This document shows, in pieces, positions 52,360 to 64,000 of a stretch of 64,000 nucleotides of DNA. The notes beneath the pieces were generated by a model. The model did not search any database and was not told where the DNA came from. It was given only the letters and a program-made list of their open reading frames with translations. Source of the DNA: Fimbriosthenelais zetlandica (lineage: Eukaryota); the NCBI GenBank assembly GCA_977030845.1, contig OZ365111.1, forward strand, positions 21,390,001-21,454,000. The letters are read 5' to 3'. How positions within the stretch are numbered: position 1 is the first letter of the stretch; each line of letters begins with the position of its first letter. The position numbers were made by a program, and so were the translations under genes.

Positions 52360-55300
52360 TTATGAGCAAATTACCTATAGTAGGATTGGCACACCAGTAC
52401 GTTTTAGGTGTCTATAACACTTCTATTGAAAACCAATAGTAGTTGAGTGGGCGATGCGATGGTATCATGAGCACATGCACAATTGTGACCAAAGCTGCCT
52501 TCCAAGTCCAAAATTATTCCTTGCGTGCGAGGAAATTTCGTCCCAACACATAGAGGGAAATCTTGTGATATCGCTATCTATCTGCCAGCCAGGTTTTGCC
52601 CACCCGCTTACGTATAAATAATGCACGAATGAATAACAGACAATGGCAACAGCAGAAAGGGAAGGACAACCATCACATGCAGGTTTGAGTGTCAAGGATG
52701 CCTTTGGAGCATATTCATGAATGCTTAGAACAAGACACATGCAGTGAATATTTCTTTGTCGGGATCGTTTCAGAGACTTCATAGAAACCCTGTGATGCAT
52801 CATGGAACACTAAATAACCAAAATGTCTGTCTAAAGCAGCCAGGTACATGTGAACAGAACAGAAATTAATTTCCTTTGCGTCCATATTTATAATCATATT
52901 ATGACTTTCAAATTTCTGTTTTGAATTTTGAAGATTTCCACGTATAGATAGCCAAGAGAAATGGTCTACAGAACTAACTTTTTGCAGTAGGTGGTATCAG
53001 ATAAAAAATAAATGCGGATTGCAAGGCTCGAAATAATATTATTTTTTAGCCTGGAGCAATATTGCTATTCAATTTTCGTATCGCAAACTGCGATGCGATA
53101 CAGCATATTTCTAGCCTCGGATTGGATGGCAATGATTGGAAACTTGAAAGTTATCACTAGACAGAAGATGGGAGTGACACAATCTTTTCTAGCTGCCTTC
53201 TATATAAGTGGGTAATTGACAGAGCAAAGGCTGTCATAACAAATAGGCATTTCTCAGTCGACAAGACATTCCCAACTGCTCAGGACTAAAAGAAATCATT
53301 CACTTTCAGCATTAGGAGACTGCTTTCACGAGTCGGTGAATGGAGTTGTTCAACAATAAAGAATTAGGTATCGTCACTGACAGAACATGAATATGCCCTA
53401 ATGAGATCTAACGGCTGCAATGTCAATACAATTTGAAGAGGAAAAATAGTTTCAGTTCCATAATCGATAACAAAATTATCCACAACCTTGTTGTGATATT
53501 TCAAAGTGAGAGAGAAAAGTCCTTTCAGACAGAACTAAATGTAATCTATCAAAGCAAAATATTTTTTCCATGAAATAGGGGACAATATGGGCAACGCCTA
53601 AAGTTATACGTAAAGTGGATGACAGGCTTAGCAAATATTAAGAGCAGATTGCTGATAACGCATTTTAAATGACACTGAAAGGATTTGTGAGCTACCTTGA
53701 AAAATTATGATACAGCGAGTCTCTTCATTGGGCTTTAGAATTTCTCAAGAAACCAGCAATGCAATTTATGAACCTGTAAGATATATTTATACGAGAAAAA
53801 TACCTTTAAAATAGGATCAAAAATGACTTCAATGAATAAAGGAGCATCTTTACTTCAAAGCTTTAATTGATTATGCACCCCAGTTAACTTCAAACCAATG
53901 GCACTTAGTGCCAACTCAAAACACCAATATCCGTTGGTTCGCTATACATATTTAAAAGGTCTTTTACTTAGTCCCGAACCGCAGTTAATGCGGTACAAGC
54001 TCTATTGGATCAAGGATTTATGATGGTTTTAAGACAGTGTCGTTAGCATGTATAGCTTGTGGATGGACGGTTCAGGACAGAGTTATTTCCTGATAAATCC
54101 ATCAGTGCAGAGATCAGAATTAATTGGCAAGGTGGTGGCTCAATAAAGTAGAGCCAGCTTGCATGCTGCTAAAGGCATGACTGGTTAAATGGTCACTCAC
54201 TGGCGAAGGTAGATAACATTTGCAAGTCATTGTACTTATATAAGTAGCATAGCCATAGGGTATCACATGGAGTTATATTTTGGAAATCGACACAGATGTA
54301 AACTGTCATATAGCCGCCAATGATGTGTCTTATACATGTTAAACATGTGATAATTTTATCTTCAATTTGGAAATCAATATACTGGCGAAAGTAGTATAGG
54401 GAACGTAAATTTCCCCTTGTGGAGCGCTACCACGTGGGTTACCTCCACTAGGGTTGTTTGCGTTGGGAATACTGTAATCTATTATAGCGATTTTAGGAGT
54501 CTCAAGCGCCACAAAGAGAGCGAAACTGTTGCTTCTGCTGCTACTGCAAAATACCCATGGCTGGTTGCAACACCAATTGCAACTAGCAAGGCCAAAATAC
54601 TCTATTATCTAACTCATACAAGGGGCAGTGCACTGAGTTGACAAACCTGATCACTGTAGTGCCTTGACTTCCGCATTATAGATTTTCAGTACCGTATTTA
54701 ATGGGAGATCATCGGATGAGAAATGAACCGCAGTAACATAACACATCAGACAACCATAAATTCTTACCTCCCTCCCCCACCCCTCCCCCCAGTAGAAGAG
54801 TTCTGTAGATAGTGACAAACGGGGCCGAGCTTCTGCCTATAGATGACTGAATTATCGCTCAGTATTGATTTCACATTCATTGATGTCAATAGGGCCGTGT
54901 AGGTCTGTGTACAAAAGATGGAAAAAAGCACCGAGCTACTAGAGTCCCCTTTCAGTGATATGGAGTCTGCGGCTTTTTTCCTTCTTTTGCCATGGTAAAT
55001 ATTGTTTAGAGTGCTTTGGCATCGGCATGGAATTATGGAAACCAGGATGGTCGGTACTGAAAAGATGGACTCACAGGCGGGAGAATTGGTGGGTAGGAGA
55101 GGGAAATGGAATTTGTTCTTGGGTAAACAGAGATCGTACCAGCTTTTCAGTGATCGCAAAGATTTTTCAAACAGGCCAGAGAGCTTTATTGAATGTGGAG
55201 CAGCGGTAATCTTCATTGAGAGCCAGTCTGTTTAGCTACAATCAATTTTGAGTCCACCGTATTTAGGTATTTGATGTTATCCAACAACGAATATGTTCCT

Positions 55301-58300
55301 TTGAGACACTCTGATATTACATCTTCCAATAGCTCCTTCTATTGTATAGACCCATGAAGTTTTGAAAAATGAAAAATCTTCTGAGTTTAGGGATATGGTC
55401 AAGGTGGAACTGCATGTATAAATGCCAGCATGCCTCAAGGTGTGAGTTGCATATTGCGTGATGGGGAGAGACATTTAATGACAGATTTCATTTCTGAATT
55501 TGATCACTGCAGGATCCTCTTTAAAAATATCCGACACGCCATCAACATGATCTTGCACATCATTTAAGAACACGCTCATTAGAACTCACTTCTGAGACTT
55601 AATTATTCTCAGCGAGACTCCAGATTACCTTCCGACTCCCAGATGCCTGACTTGAGTCAATGTGAATCTATCTATCTGTTCCGCTTGCCATAGAGGCCCG
55701 CTGGGACGCTCGTTTTGCGACAGAGAATTTCACGTTTTGCGACATTATTGATAATTTGCCACTCAATTCACTCTGAGTAGCACCACGTGATGTGGGTTAC
55801 TAAGCAACCATCCATCACCTGACAACTGTTGCCATAACATCCCATCTCCAATGCAATGTGTTGAGGAGGGGCTTTTATCGATTCTGACTAAATCCCAAGT
55901 AATACCACATTAATGTTAGTAAAGTACTTTCTACCAAGTTCCCAACTTGTTTTTAGCGTTACTATAATTGGAGTAGCGAGTACAGGGTTCGATGAACATA
56001 AAATAAACTAAATGGTGAACGGATACTAAGGACGAAGGATGAATTCTAAGGATTCTGTGATTCTGTGCCAAAATATATTCATTCCTAACAGAAATAAGAG
56101 TGCATTTAAACAAGAATCTCAAACAACCCATTTGATCAAGTCAGACGACAAATAGGCTAATTTAGGCATATTATTACTCGGAAAAATACAGATGGTAATT
56201 TGACCATAGGCATTTATGAACGAACTCAATCATATAAAAAGTGTTGTTATAAATGCATCTTTCTACTCAATAAATGTCTCACGTGAGGAACTACTACGAG
56301 TTAGGCATTAGTGAGGCGGTCTGTATAGGAGGGAGACTCCTAGCACCTGGTGCCAGCGTTATGGTTTAATATACATGAATTCCCCATCACTCTAACGGGG
56401 ATTAATACCACAAGCTGAGGACACTAGTAAACAAGGGTGTCTTGTCGTCAGGGGCAAGTGATGCTAACAGCTAGTTTCCTGTCACAATCTGAGTGACGTA
56501 CTCAAAACACTTTTATATGGCAGGCTGTTAGCATTATGACATTGATGAACAGATTATGGCACAGTAAAAACTGATAATAAAAAGAACTGAAGTGATAAAC
56601 CTCAACACAGACTTACATAAGAAAACCTACACAAAAAGCTAATTCCAAAGAGACTTCCATAGGGATATCTAATGTTGCTAGGGAAATTCCAGGCCCATTG
56701 TTCAGGAACCTGGGTTCTACGGATTTACACACTCTAGGAATCACCTAAAAAATCAAAGATCTGAGAGTTGACGAAATAAACTATGATAGGCATAAATACT
56801 GTTACTTTTTGGTGACCACCGAACCCCCTCCAGCTGCTGGACTATACATGTATAGTAAGATTCCCGGTAATTCTGGTAGGCATATTTAACGACAGAAATA
56901 TTTCTGAACCAGAAACTATCACGTAGAATTAATGAGCCTGGTGTTGGCCTTATTCCTATCACATGATGCTAGTGCTTGGTCTAATCCTCGCTTGACAAAC
57001 AAATGCATGGATCCTCGCTTTTTATATTTCATTCAGGATCAAGGGGTGAATTTCAATAGAGAGAGTCTAAGGTGCTCCTGTGGGGTGAATACGGGAGTTT
57101 CGAGTAGGGCTTGCGGAGCGATTAATAATTTATCACAGAGTAAACTCAATGATGTGAGTTTAGCATATGAATGGAGGGATCCAGCCTTTATTCTGTCCAC
57201 AGAGCGACGAGGGCAAAGCTGGAACAATGCAGTCTCTTGAATAGTAGCTTTGCGGCTTATATCGCTGGACAGAAACACCAGTTAATCCGCAATGAATTTC
57301 TTCCGGATGACTTATGATGAATGTTAAATTGGCGACAAAAATTTAAGGAATGAGTTATCCTGTTTGGAAACTTCTCTGCATACAGACCCTTTCATTATAC
57401 TCATCCAATAAATTGCTCAAAATATTCATGATATTCATTATAATGACCTGGCACCTTCACTTGGCATTTGATACAAGTGCCGCTTGAAGCCGAGGAAAAG
57501 TCAGAATAGCTCATGGAAGAAAAACACCAAGTAGGCCTACTTCTACGTTCATATTCATATATTCTCCTCAGGCTCACATGAAGCCGCCTTGTAACATCCT
57601 CTCCAGCGCATGAAGCCTCTTTATGTACTAAAATATGTCCCTATCATCTTCCCTTATACGTGGATACAAGAATACTGAATTTGTATTCCATCAATAAGCA
57701 GGCAGTCAAAAAACAATTGGGTTAGGACTGCATGGAATTACACATGTCAGGGTCGTGTGGCATTTGTGAAAAGAACACATCAAGTTGCTACCGCAATCGT
57801 CCATATATACGACCGTTGTCCATGGAAAGGCGAATAGTTCCTCCTCTTGTCAATTCAGGAGAAATTGCTTTGCAACTTATAATAATTTGGTATCAACCCT
57901 GGGGTAGAAACCTAAACTTCTTTCAAATATTCAAACTACGAATGCCTATTCTCAAATTTGGTGTTTTTGAAGCTCCCTGTAGCGACCATGTATTGTGAAG
58001 AACTCCCCTACTTTCCTCCTCTCACCCAAAATACCAGGAGACGTTAAAGTGGTCATTGCAGATGATAAGTGGTAATTTGCAGCACGACCTGCCATGAACA
58101 TTTCACATGGCTGGCTGTCGCCCACCACGGGTCTGAAATAGTGACGGTATGTCGTAACCTGTCGTAAATCAGCACATTTGCTGCGGCGGGTCTGCTTGCC
58201 GTACACAACTGGGAAGTGAGTTGTCTTTACTCACAGTTACAAGCATGTGGAGCCTATAAAAAAAGGCTGATCTATGACTGTAGAAGGCAACACGGGTGGG

Positions 58301-60774
58301 TGGCGGGCGTGGCAGCTCATGATTTTCCAGGTCGGTCCACAGTCACAGATTTACTGCATGTCCAGACACGTGTGAATAGAGTTCTAATGCCTAGAACAGA
58401 CCAGAGCGTTTTTGTGGTCCGGCTCATGGGACAGGTGACTTTTTATAGACACACCCGCCCTGGTCTCTCTTTTGTGCACCGCTAGCTGAAACTGCACACA
58501 CCAAAGAAAATCTAATTAGCATACTTGATTTCTCATTTTTAAGGTTCCATAACAAGTAAAACGCGAGCAAGTGTAGGCATTTAGAGTCTGTTCCAAGCAT
58601 AAAGAATGAGTTGCCAACAGAGGACACATGCTTTTCTCCGGCAGTGTACATTGATCAACCACTGACTGATGTTCAAGGTTGGCCTGCATATATATGTTTC
58701 AGTATCTTTAGGATGTTTACGAAATATCAAGCAAAGGGAGATGCGACCCAATACATAAGTCAGAGCTCTGAAGTGATGCTCAGTCCAAAGTCTTCCATCT
58801 CTGCCCGAACGAGTCTCTCCCGAGAGTGTTCCCTCTCCACCCGATCATCTGTCACCTCCCTCTAACTCACTTCTCCCATGGCAATAATGGAAACAAACGG
58901 CTTAACAACGACTCTCAGTTATTAATGGTTGTAACGGGTACTAAGGTAAACCACCTTGAAAGAACTAAAACCTTCTTGAAAAACTCCCCTTTTCTGATGC
59001 TCACTGCACAGTCGGGGCATAGAAAACATGGTGTCTGCTACTATCAAATCTAAAAGGCGACTACCATAAGTTTTGATAGACAGAAAAAAACAGCAAATAA
59101 ATGCCACTGGACTATCATGCATCAGCAAAGTTTTCGAACTCTGATAATCTTTGTCCAGTAATAGTAAAGGGAATGTAAATGGGATAGTAATGTAATAATG
59201 TAGGCCTACATATGGAAACCAACTTTCTTCAATTGTCCATCCACATGAGTAGGCCTCACCCTGGATGCTATAGAACTTGGCTAACTTTAAGAAAAAAAGT
59301 AAAATCAATGCCAACAGTCTCAAGGAGGTCTGATTTTATAGCGCAATCGAGAATGGTATCATGCTATGGCTTTTTATTCGCTTTTTATCCACACAGTTTG
59401 GACAATATAAGGTTTGCTTTTGAATCATCCATAATTAACGCTCAACAATCACGGCACTTTCCAACTGTAACTCTATCCTGAGTGAGCAAATTTTGCCTGC
59501 ATACCTCGCTGCCTTCGAGGCACAGCTATAGAGAGTGAGGCAGGGGAGAGGTTGTCGTCAAGTAAATACCGTTAGTCCTCCGTCTCGGGTTCCAATCAGT
59601 AAAATGCGGCAAAAGAAGCCACATGCTTTGCACGCCAGGAGTGGAGAACACGCCATTGTGAATGTCAGCTTTAGCTATCAATGACTTGTGACGTGCCATA
59701 CGTTTGCTTCACGAGGGTGACACATGCGCAAATTTCATGTTTGTTTATACATATATATACCAGTAAGGCACCCGAATGTAAGGTTTCAGACTTTGAGAAG
59801 AGACCGGCAATTGCTTTGCCTTTTCCCAATGATAAAATTGCTTAAATAAATAGCAGATGTCATCGATTACCGATAACACTGTTGTATTCAAACCTGCCAC
59901 ACAGTCTCTGCCCAGTCTAAGTCACAGCCTTGTGGCAGACCACTTTGGGGATGAAAGGATTCGCAAGTACCGGTGTTACCTTACATTTGTGATGGAGTCA
60001 TATTTCGATGGCAGAGTGAACAAATGTCCACACACAGTGTGCTTTTGTCACTTTCCACCCGGAGTAGGTGCGCATAGCCGGAAAGACAATGTATTGCCTT
60101 ACATATATGGGACACATTTACTTGTAAGTTCTTCATCGAAATGTTCGAAAAGTATGACTGGGTAGTTCTAAGCTCATATAGATGAACTATTCGGGATGTG
60201 GTCTATATAATCCCGCGAGCACTCACGAAACCGAAGAGACTGATTTCAAGGGAACAAATTGCAGAATCTAGAGAGCATAATGCATTCCAAAAACATCCTC
60301 GCCAGCACATTCTTGCTAATCTTCAGAGTTTTTGCAGCAGGTCGATTTGGTGGACTGTAAGTGGTCTATCTACTTGAGTACATACTGTGATTTTCCAACT
60401 ACATTTCAGTGAATTATGGCCTCAATAATAAAGCGCAATTTTGAAGCAATAGTCAACAGGGAGAACCAAATCAGTGTACATTCAAATTTGGTATACCACC
60501 TAGTTCGGAATCATATATGCATGATATCCCATCTAAGTGTTATGGCTAATGTCTGGAAGAGAAGGTGTGAGATTTCCCATGTCAATCACGAATCATATAA
60601 TCCACCACTGGGAATTAGCAAAAGGCACTGCTTGAAGCATGCCAATTGCTTTCAAAGTGACACTTGCCTTTGACTTGCTCTATACGCTGATTGAAACCCA
60701 CTCTCACAAGCCAAACACTTATGGAATGTACACGAAGGATCTTGCCTCAAAAGTGTTTTTTTTTCTAAAGGTAG

Positions 60775-60884
60775 AAGGAAACACATGGGACACTTCCAAG
60801 TAAAGCAGAGAACCTCAGAGAAGTGCAGACCAGAGAGAATTGGCACATCCCAGCACGATCCCAACCAATTAACAGGAAAAACAG
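60775..60884 (+). CDS. Candidate internal exon (KETHGTLPSKAENLREVQTRENWHIPARSQPINRKN-R), phase-compatible with the 61963 exon
   Basis: Acceptor ttttttttctaaaggtag|, 110 nt open, and donor AG|gtatac (phase 2) matching the |A start at 61963. Confidence 0.22.
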
Positions 60885-61962
60885 GTATACGAGTTTCGAG
60901 CCCTTGCTCGCACGTATGAATAGAGGGATACATAAAATCTGTAAGCAATAAGTGGCTGGTGTAGGGTCCTAAACTTTCACTGAAACGCCAAATACAGAGC
61001 AAAATCAGATGAAATTGAACTTCAACCATTGAAACTTCCTGCAACGTGACAACTCTTAAACACTGGTTCAGATTTGTTAAGGATTTCAAGGAAATTTTCC
61101 GAAAGAAGTCAATGCTTCCGGAATATAAGAAGAATTAATATTAATCCAATATTGCAATTTTTGCAAATGTGAGTCAATATAAACGTGGATCCTTGTCTTT
61201 TTTGTATCTCCTATCGATAAGGCTTTAAGGGTAAATCGTTAAAAGGCAAAAGTGGAAACTATCTTATAAAGAGTCAACTTGGCAATATAAATGGGATAAA
61301 CCGAATCAATTCAGCAGGCGAACACTAATAAACGTGATAGCTTCTGAGCGTTGTACACTTGTACCAATCACATCTCTGGTTTCACATCACGTGGTAGGCT
61401 GATTTGCATGAATCTCTCCGCTGTGGCCTTGCGATAAGAACCTCTGGCTATTTTGACTATTTTTATTTCGACTGCGAATGTTAGGGCGGACATAAAAAGT
61501 AATACCATGGACACAGCGAGGGAATATTGGTACTAAGAAAGTTCCCTTGTAGTACGTGTTGCTCTTATTGTGGTTCACACACTGGGAAGAAAGATTGTCC
61601 AGATCGAGTGTCTCCAGATCATACGCCTCCCGATCATGGGTTGAAATACCAGTACACAATCATGATGAAAATGTTTTTTTCTATGACATTTTCTATGACA
61701 ACTGAATTCAGAATACGATACATTGCAGATTTCCCTTGAAACGTATGGATGATATTTTTTCCAAATCAGATTGAACAACCTATAGAATGCTGATTTTTCA
61801 GAAATTTCAAACATTTTCTATGAGCAAAATTACTGACAGTATACTAAGAGTAATCTTCCACATAGTTCTTATATTTTCAAATACTTATTCTTTAATCCAT
61901 ATTTTTTAACTTATACTGAGCGGGACGAATATTCTCATCTAACAAGAGGATCACATTTTCAG

Positions 61963-62209
61963 AGATGATCATGGAGATGAAGTTACTGTGCACTTCTATC
62001 AATTGGGTGTACAGTATGGGGGAAACGAACTCGGGGCCTCTCGTCATCAGGTCTTGGTTTACCCCAAAGACAACTCTAAAACACAGCTGCCTGTGAAACT
62101 TTATCCCACAACAGCAGGCGCCTGGTTCGATTTAGACTTGCTTTCCAGCCCGGTCAATAAACAAGTCCTGGCCCCGTTATTCCAAAATATCTTTCAATAT
62201 GAAAAATGA
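61963..62209 (+). CDS. Candidate terminal coding exon of an unknown plus-strand gene antisense to TPST
   Basis: Branch point ctaac (61939-61943), acceptor cacattttcag|A, an open 81-codon frame (DDHGDEVTVHFYQLGVQYGGNELGASRHQVLVYPKD...FQYEK*), and AATAAA at 62311-62316. No homology was recognised. Confidence 0.38.
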
Positions 62210-63117
62210 CATGCACTAGGGACAAGATAAAATGGCTATCATTAGAAGTTAGAAAAGAGACAGTGCTAAAGACCATAGCCTTCCAAGTCCGATAAAGTGG
62301 AAATTATCCTAATAAAACCTGATTATGAACAAAATATATAAAGGTACCACATAGGGCATACACGTTCAATAATGCACTTAAGTTCCCATCGAGAGGAACA
62401 TTTTTAATTCAAATTATTATGCCAACTAACTGCAATCTATATACAAAAGTACTTCAAAGTTCAGATCATGTTTGCTTTGAGATCAGAGCACGGGATTGTA
62501 AGTTAAAGACCCTTATTAAACCCACTAACAAGTTAAGACCTTCACTTCAATGGCTCCTATTGGCTTCCTCTCAACTCTTTTATGCCAATGTTAATGTGCT
62601 GCACAAGGAAACATTACCTTGATGTTTGCCCCGGAGGCTTTGATACAAGCCTTTGAAACAAAACACCAAGTTTTATCTTCGGGTGTACTCAAATCGAGAC
62701 AAAGTGACAATCAGGTTAAGCTTCTCCACGTTATCCACGTTATCATAAATAACTTGTTTTATTATAGAAGCTAATTTTGTTAATAACAGATGCTTCAGAT
62801 CTAATAGTAAGGAATCTTATTACGCCTATGAGTTTGGTATTTGATTTCCAACGCAAGAATTCAAACGTTAAAATATCCCGATATTCTTTTATATGGACGC
62901 GTTGCTTAACATCCATTGAGTAAATTTTCTCAGAGCAAGGAGGAAACCCGTTGTTGGCAAACAATGTTCTCGAATGGCATCAATGGTTTTTATGTGCCTC
63001 CCACTAAAACAGTTGGGGACATGGCTGACATATGATATCCCAGTTAGCAGCACTCGGTGGGGAAGGGAAATTGTTAATTTTGGTGAATTATCTTCAATGA
63101 ATGGAACTGTATAAAGT

Positions 63118-63123
63118 ACTTAC
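63118..63123 (-). promoter_or_regulatory. 5' splice donor (GTAAGT) ending the TPST exon
   Basis: The minus strand reads ...TTA TCA AA|gtaagtac. The ORF-track stop (TAA at 63120-63122) lies inside this consensus donor. Confidence 0.92.
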
Positions 63124-63980
63124 TTTGATAATGAGACTCCTCCTGCCTGACCTATAGTCTTCTCATGGTGTAGGACCACGTTATTCCACCCAACGTCGAG
63201 AAACGCCAAGATTCTCCTCATCTCAGCCTCTGGATGTAGAACTAAATCTTCATAGTGCACAGGCAAGCAGACCTTGTCCCCTACACTCAAACACTGGTTA
63301 TACATATTCTCTATGGCACGGTTCCAGTCCTGTATGGCACCGCGGTATGAATGGCTGTCGAAGCCTTTAATTGTCACTTTACGCGAGATGATGGAATGAA
63401 CTGTGGCTCGTCCGTCCCTGATCATCAGGAGGAACTTGGAATTGGGAAAGATTTTTGCAATTTTGGAAATGGAGCGCAGGGCGAAGGGGTCCTTGTTGCA
63501 GAGTCGGCGTGCTTGCTCCCCGTGTTTGGATATGATACTAAGTATGTAGGCCCCTAGGGCATCGTTAAGCACTTCCTCTGTTATTTTAGCTTCTTTCAGA
63601 CGGTTAGACTCGAGTGGGGATTTCATCATTTGTGCATGCATTCCAAGTATTCTTGGGATGACACGCGTTTCCTCCCCACACCTGATGTCTGGGTGTGCGT
63701 CCAGCATTGCACGTGCCAGGGTGGTCCCACTGCGCGGCACCCCGCCCACCCATATCAAGGGGACTTTCTTATTATAAGCTACGAAGTCACTGCCCGTCCC
63801 ATCACCATCATAGAGGTAGTTGGACTTGAGCGACATTTGTCTATACACAGAAGAGTCATCGTCTTCTAATTGTGAAGAGTCTGTGATCTGTTTGACGATG
63901 ACTATGAGGGCAACACAAAAACCGAAACCCACAAAAACTTGGATTTTGGAGAGACGGCGCATGAGTCTTTGGATCCACAT
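63124..63980 (-). CDS. TPST: Protein-tyrosine (tyrosylprotein) sulfotransferase, first coding exon (partial CDS; C-terminal exons not found in the window)
   Basis: The 286-aa ORF has an N-terminal type II membrane anchor ([15 protein letters not shown]). It carries the TPST signatures [52 protein letters not shown] and YEDLVLHP. It ends in GGVSLSK, where animal TPST genes are known to have an intron, and the junction reads TCA AA|GTAAGT (phase 2). Confidence 0.97.
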
Positions 63981-64000
63981 CTTGCCGAGGACAACCCGTT

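Larger units (their letters stand above)
1..63123 (-). other. Putative very long TPST intron (>63 kb, open at the window start)
   Basis: A manual search for the reverse complements of DQVIKP, SKWVG, IAPML, GYDP and PNYGKPD codons found no convincing downstream TPST exon. Ratchet-like sites on the same strand fit a giant intron. A negative manual search is fallible. Confidence 0.5.

Noticed and set aside
438-56472. Scattered 13-16-bp matches (gatgctaacagct; gactgatcacaatctc at 34.7 and 51.6 kb; aaggatgggagaaaa at 20.1 and 47.1 kb; accacgtgatgtg at 55.8 and 61.4 kb)
   Set aside because: They may reflect old repeat families, but matches of this length are near chance expectation in 64 kb and I could not extend them reliably by eye.
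21354-61089. Longer ORF-track entries (21354-21770, 29271-29711, 49685-50128, 50436-50897, 54764-55216, 58922-59323, 60652-61089)
   Set aside because: No recognisable domains, atypical composition, often non-ATG starts, and overlap with repeats or antisense frames. They are consistent with chance ORFs.
63120-63123. Stop codon ending the TPST ORF at 286 aa
   Set aside because: It falls inside the intron donor at the conserved SLSK junction, so it is not evidence of truncation or pseudogenisation.
1-64000. CRISPR array, rRNA or prokaryotic operons
   Set aside because: No regularly spaced repeat-spacer structure, no rRNA-like sequence, very low coding density, and spliceosomal signals indicate eukaryotic DNA.

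Overview
Gene-poor metazoan genomic DNA (about 40% GC by eye). It is probably from an invertebrate, but I cannot assign the taxon. Only one coding region is unambiguous: the large first coding exon of a tyrosylprotein sulfotransferase (TPST) on the minus strand at 63124-63980. Its apparent stop after ...VSLSK is really an intron donor (AA|GTAAGT). I could not find the conserved C-terminal TPST exon (VERSTDQVIKP...GYDP) anywhere else in the window, so most of the window may be one very large TPST intron. The most striking feature is two textbook recursive-splicing (ratchet) sites on the TPST strand, at 32463/32462 and 11643/11642. Each has a branch point and pyrimidine tract, then TTTCAG|GTAAGTAT, then a short cryptic exon (48 and 37 nt) closed by a second donor. 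The window also holds several CpG-rich promoter-like islands (about 6.0, 28.4, 31.7-32.1, 38.3 and 45.2 kb) with ETS, YY1, ZNF143, NF-Y, E-box or CTCF-type motifs and plausible first exons, suggesting nested genes. Repeats include a perfect 159-bp palindrome, an 855-bp MITE with an 8-bp target-site duplication, a Harbinger-like MITE, a tandem duplication and several decayed retroelement fragments. No rRNA, tRNA or CRISPR array was seen. Nearly all ORFs in the supplied track look non-coding. All motif and homology calls were made by eye, without database searches.
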